From positions 636,787 to 700,786 of the forward strand of contig JAAOMT010000183.1 of the NCBI GenBank assembly GCA_016748015.1: a DNA stretch of 64,000 nt, read 5' to 3'. A program made the position numbers and the translations under genes. The notes under the pieces are model-generated. The model searched no databases. It was not told where the DNA came from and was given only the letters and a program-made list of their open reading frames with translations. Source of the stretch: Geosiphon pyriformis uo1. Its lineage: Eukaryota; Fungi; Glomeromycota. Shown here piece after piece: positions 59,545 through 64,000 of the stretch (the first letter of the stretch is position 1; each line of letters opens with the position of its first letter).

Positions 59545-60643
59545 TGTTACAGGTAAACTTGGTAGGTATGGGAAATGGTAATGTTTGGTGCTCTCAATTA
59601 TTGATGATGCATCTTCCGCATAATTCTGTTGGCTTAGTCTTGATTATCAGTCTCTGAAGGTCTATTCCTGGATGTGAATTTTACCCGTTGAGTTCTTTGG
59701 TTATAAGGCACAAAGTTTGTCTTTTGTCAATTGCAACGTTTTTCGTAAATGTGAGCTTTCTTTTCTGAGCTAACAAGTGCAGTCATTAGGGTCTGGCGTT
59801 GTCTTTTCGCCCTTCTAGTAAGCTAACAAGATAATATTAATATCCAAAACTTAGGGGGAGCTTCCCTCTTTTACCAGGCTATCACGAAGTCTATTCCCAG
59901 ACAGTCAATTTTACTATGTTGCTACTTCACAAAAAATTAAGACAGAAAAAGAAAGAAAAAGAAAAAGAAAAGAAAAGAGAGAAAAGATAAATTAGTATCA
60001 TCAATCGCTGTGATCAAGAGTAATTGGTCCAAATCATTAATAGGTTCGAGGCAGTTATGCTAAGAGCATCTGTTCTAGAATGGAGATACGAGACAAAGGT
60101 TAATTCATGTAAATTTCACGAAGTTTGAGAACATGAATTCGTGATTCTGATTTCTTTTAATAATTGATTTATTTCAGGAGATGAAATAGGGAAGATAATA
60201 AAAGATGAAGAGGTATGGATATTTTTATTTCTGGTCTAGAGATTCATATCTATTTTTTCTTCTCTGTCTTTTCTTACTTCTACAACTACTTGTTTTTATA
60301 CATTCTTTTGGTTTTACAGCATTGCTTTCAATTGTCTCACTATTGCTAGCTATTGCTTTGTTGTTTCTGTTATTGCTTTGTTTTTTTATGTTATCACTAG
60401 TTATCCTATGTTATAACACATTATCTGACGTTATTACATGTTATTCTGTGTTATTCTGTGTTATTCTGTGTTATAACACGTTATCCTATGTTATTGCGCG
60501 CTATTCTGTGTTATTCTGCATTATAACACATTATCTAATGTTATAATGCATTATCCAATGTTATTGTGCATTATTCTGTGTTATGTCATGTTTTTGGTCA
60601 CGTTTCTTCATAACTTTGGATCAGTTTTTCTACTCGGGTAACA
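59545..60643 (-). repeat. 5' LTR of B2
   Basis: TGTTAC...GTAACA. Confidence 0.95.
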
Positions 60644-63600
60644 ATACCAATACATTAAAAACTGCATCAACAATTATCTTTTTGGAAATTACAATATCTC
60701 AGAAGTTAGAAGCAACTTTTACAATAATTTAGTACACTATTCACAGTTAGAAACTGAAGACCTTAATAGTAAAACACTTACCACTTACTTTCAAGAACTT
60801 AATTTTAACATTATCAAGTACTGTGAAGAAACATATTCAATACAGTCTCAATACTCCATTGATTTTGAATCAGAGACAAAAACAAGCAACAAAGGCAAAC
60901 AAAAATTGAAGCAATACTCAAAAACCACCCCAAATATTCCAATATTATCAAAAACAACTGCCAAACACTTACAAACATCTGAACAAAGAACCAGTTCAAA
61001 ACTTCCACTTACTATCACACCTTTTCCAGCTTTACTTGCACAAACACAAACACCTAATTTACCCTTAAATTGATTTGCAAGACTAGAAGATTTTACATTA
61101 CCCAGAAGTCCTACCAGACAACAAGAATCCTTTCAAACTAGTTCCAATCTCCTTAACTTTCTAGCTGAAAATCAAAGTGAACACTCTGAGACAGCAGCGA
61201 ATGAAAAAAACGACTCTGAAATATCTGAAGAAGAATCAATAGACAGTGAAAATGAAGAAGACAAAATAACAGCATATATTACAAAAATCCCTAAATTTAA
61301 TGGAGAAGACATTGAGACCAGTCCCCAAGAATGATTCGACCAAGTTACTAAAGCTGAAGATGCAAATGGATGGAATGCTGCCAGAATGTTAAGAACAATT
61401 CTCTACTTTCTCAAAGAAACAGCAGGCGAATGGTTCGAAAACTTAACCATCTCTTTTAATGACTAGACAGCTTTTAAAACTGCCTTTTTAGAACAATTCA
61501 CCAATAACAACACCTCAATCACACTTTGAAATTGTTTTCACAATATCAAACAAGAACCCTCCGAATCTGTTATGACTTATATTGGAAAATTCAACAAACT
61601 TCTTAGACAAATTTGCCAACTTAAAACTAATGATTATTATTCCAATGTCCAAATCTTGGATCAATTTATCACTGGTTTAAAAGATAAACTGATTAAAAAG
61701 ATTTACTCACATGTCCCAGAAGATTTAAACTCTGTCATTCAGCATGCAAAGAGATATGAAATGGCCATGAAAAAAGCCAATTGTATAAAACTCGTGAACT
61801 TAGCCATTGGAGAGACCAGCTTAGCAGCTGAAGAGAAAATTGACCAATTCACAAAGAAAGTCGAAAATTATTTCATCAATCAACAACCATAACAACCCCA
61901 AAGATATCAACCATCCCAAAGATAGAATCAAAACAACTTCATATCATTCTCTAATAACCAGCCTCAGAATTGCCATTACTGTGGAATCCCTGGCCACTGG
62001 AAAAGAGATTGCAGAAAGCTACAATGAGACCAACAAAATAGGAGTAATCAACATTACCCTTCACCACAGCAATCTTATTATTAACTGCCACCACCAGCTT
62101 ACTATTCACCAAGACCCCAATACTAAAGTAACTATTATCAGCCTGCCTTACAGCCAACCCAACAGCAATACCAACAACCATCCACACAACATTATCAAGT
62201 GTCTGCTCGAAGATAAATTCTGCAAAATCAGTTCACACCACAAAACTGATACCATGTAAACAACAATAGAATCAATTTGAACAACCAATTGGTTCCCCAA
62301 AATTCAGCTCAACCAAGACCCAACCACTATTATACTCAACCTAGTTATCTTACAATGCCAGAAAAACAGGATTTTTACTATACTGCACTTTCAGAAAGTA
62401 AAGCTGTAGCACAACAACAAAACCCTTCCTATACTCTTACCACAATTCTACCAGCCAGAATTGCTGAAAACGCCAACCTTTCAGATATATTCTCTTTCGA
62501 ATTTGAAGCAAATGAATCACCATTCTTGCTTAGCAATACAACGGCTAATGAGCAAAAAGCCATTATTACAATGTACACAGAAGCTAAAGCAGAAGAAAAG
62601 CCAATTCGTTTGATCCTAGACAGTGGGTCTGCTGGAAGCATTATCACATATCAATTAATGCAGCAGCTAAAAAAGAATGTTGACCAACCAGCTCAGACAA
62701 TCATTGTTACTGCTGATGGCATGAAAAAGACTCCAGTAGGAGAAATTGACAACTTCCCATTCACAATTAACAGAATTACCATTCCAGTCAAAGTTCTGGT
62801 CATGGATGCTCCCCAATACTAAGCTCTCATCAGAAATGATTGGCTCCAAAAAGCCAATGCTAATCTGAATTGGGAGACACAAGAGTTGACAATCTCCTAT
62901 CAAGGACAACATGTCTGGATATCTGCCATTTGTGGTACATTCAACAAATGTTCCAGCTTTTGAATTCGAACCAAAAGAAGAAAAACCCATCATTGAAACA
63001 TTTATGGCACTTGGATCAACCTCCAATTGGGCTGATGAAACTGAACAACAGTATTTTTCAACAAACAATTCTCTTGAAACAAAAGAACCAGTAACACCCA
63101 GATGGAATGTCACCTATTCAAAACCAAAACCACAAAAACAATGCCCTTATATTCCACTTAAATGCAAAGATTGCCACAAGAAACTCTCATTAATGAGAGC
63201 TTGTATTTTACCCGAGGAAGAATATGGAAACCATACCTGTTACTATTGCAAATTCTACCACTAAGAACAATGGGGACACCTAGTTAAAAGAAGTGAAAAA
63301 TGAGATAGAACACCCTGTTTGATTTGTAGAGAACAATTACTTAATGAATGCGACTGGATTAATGTTGCATTTAGAGGAGGAGTCTGTAATCAAACATGCC
63401 AATATGCCTTTTTAATTTCAAAAAAAGTAACAAAAGGAACCCCTTTTGATGCTGCTTACAACAGTGCCCTCAATAAACTGTATCATTACCCTCATAATGC
63501 CAAAATGATTTTCGATCTAGCAATGGCTTTAATCAACAAAGCCACTTAAGAAAATGTTTGTCAAATAAAAAAATCAGAATATATTGCATACACCTTTGAA

Positions 63601-64000
63601 ATCGCTAGATACAACTACAAAAATGAAATAGAAGTATATCACCAAATTGCCAGTTATACTTACCTGACCAAAGAAGCTCAAGCCCAATGGCTAGAGCAAA
63701 TAAACATTAAATTGTGTGAAGAATGCATAATGTCTTGCAATAAACAATAGTGCCCTGAATGCTATGCTCTTAGCATTTCCCTGCCTAGTGAAAACGATGA
63801 AAACAAAATTGAATTTGGAGAACCTGAAGCAACAGAAGAAATTAAAGCAACACCCATCTATCTCATTGAAAATAAATACTTCAACAACAACAGACAAAGA
63901 ATAAAACCCAAAAAAGCACATAAAATTGATACTGGATATGATCTAAGATATCTAGACAAGGATATTTTTGTTCTCAAACCCAAATCTCTCACAAAAATCA
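60644..64000 (+). pseudogene. gag-pol: A3 gag-PR-Cys-rich region up to the start of dUTPase (first codons at 51834-51947)
   Basis: QFITGL, CHYCGIPGHWKRDC, LILDSGS, GYDLRY at the window end. Confidence 0.9.

Larger units (their letters stand above)
51948..60643 (-). mobile_element. B-family element B2 (about 8.7 kb) lacking the RT core, perfect TSD ATAC
   Basis: LTRs 51948-53051 and 59545-60643, PBS, PPT; flanks rejoin A3 gag SVYQYI. Confidence 0.95.
50820..64000 (+). mobile_element. A-family element A3 (5' part), inserted in D2 pol and interrupted by B2
   Basis: 5' LTR, PBS at 51791, gag rejoining across TSD ATAC. Confidence 0.92.

Overview
The whole 64-kb window is AT-rich eukaryotic repeat DNA: a nest of ten insertions of Ty3/Gypsy LTR retrotransposons from four related families, labelled here A-D. 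I found no host genes, RNA genes or CRISPR arrays. The proteins resemble, from memory and unverified, repeat-derived proteins of Glomeromycotina fungi such as Geosiphon. Nesting reconstructed from LTR ends (TGTTAC...GTAACA) and 4-bp target-site duplications (TSDs): D2(+) hosts C2(+) in its 5' LTR and A3(+) in its pol. C2 hosts B1(-). B1 hosts A1, A2, C1, a solo A LTR and D1, all (-). A3 hosts B2(-). All copies are pseudogenised, mostly by C:G>T:A transitions with few indels. All four families share an unusual design: (1) a long Gag N-terminal extension that appears to start at a conserved GUG; (2) one gag-PR-Cys-rich-dUTPase-RT-RNaseH frame that stops at the same codon after RNase H in all six copies that have this region; (3) integrase as a separate ORF with its own ATG; (4) a conserved unknown ORF3 in the env position; (5) a covarying RNA structure in the LTR and a U5 sequence complementary to the PBS. 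Coordinates were read by eye and may be off by a few bases.
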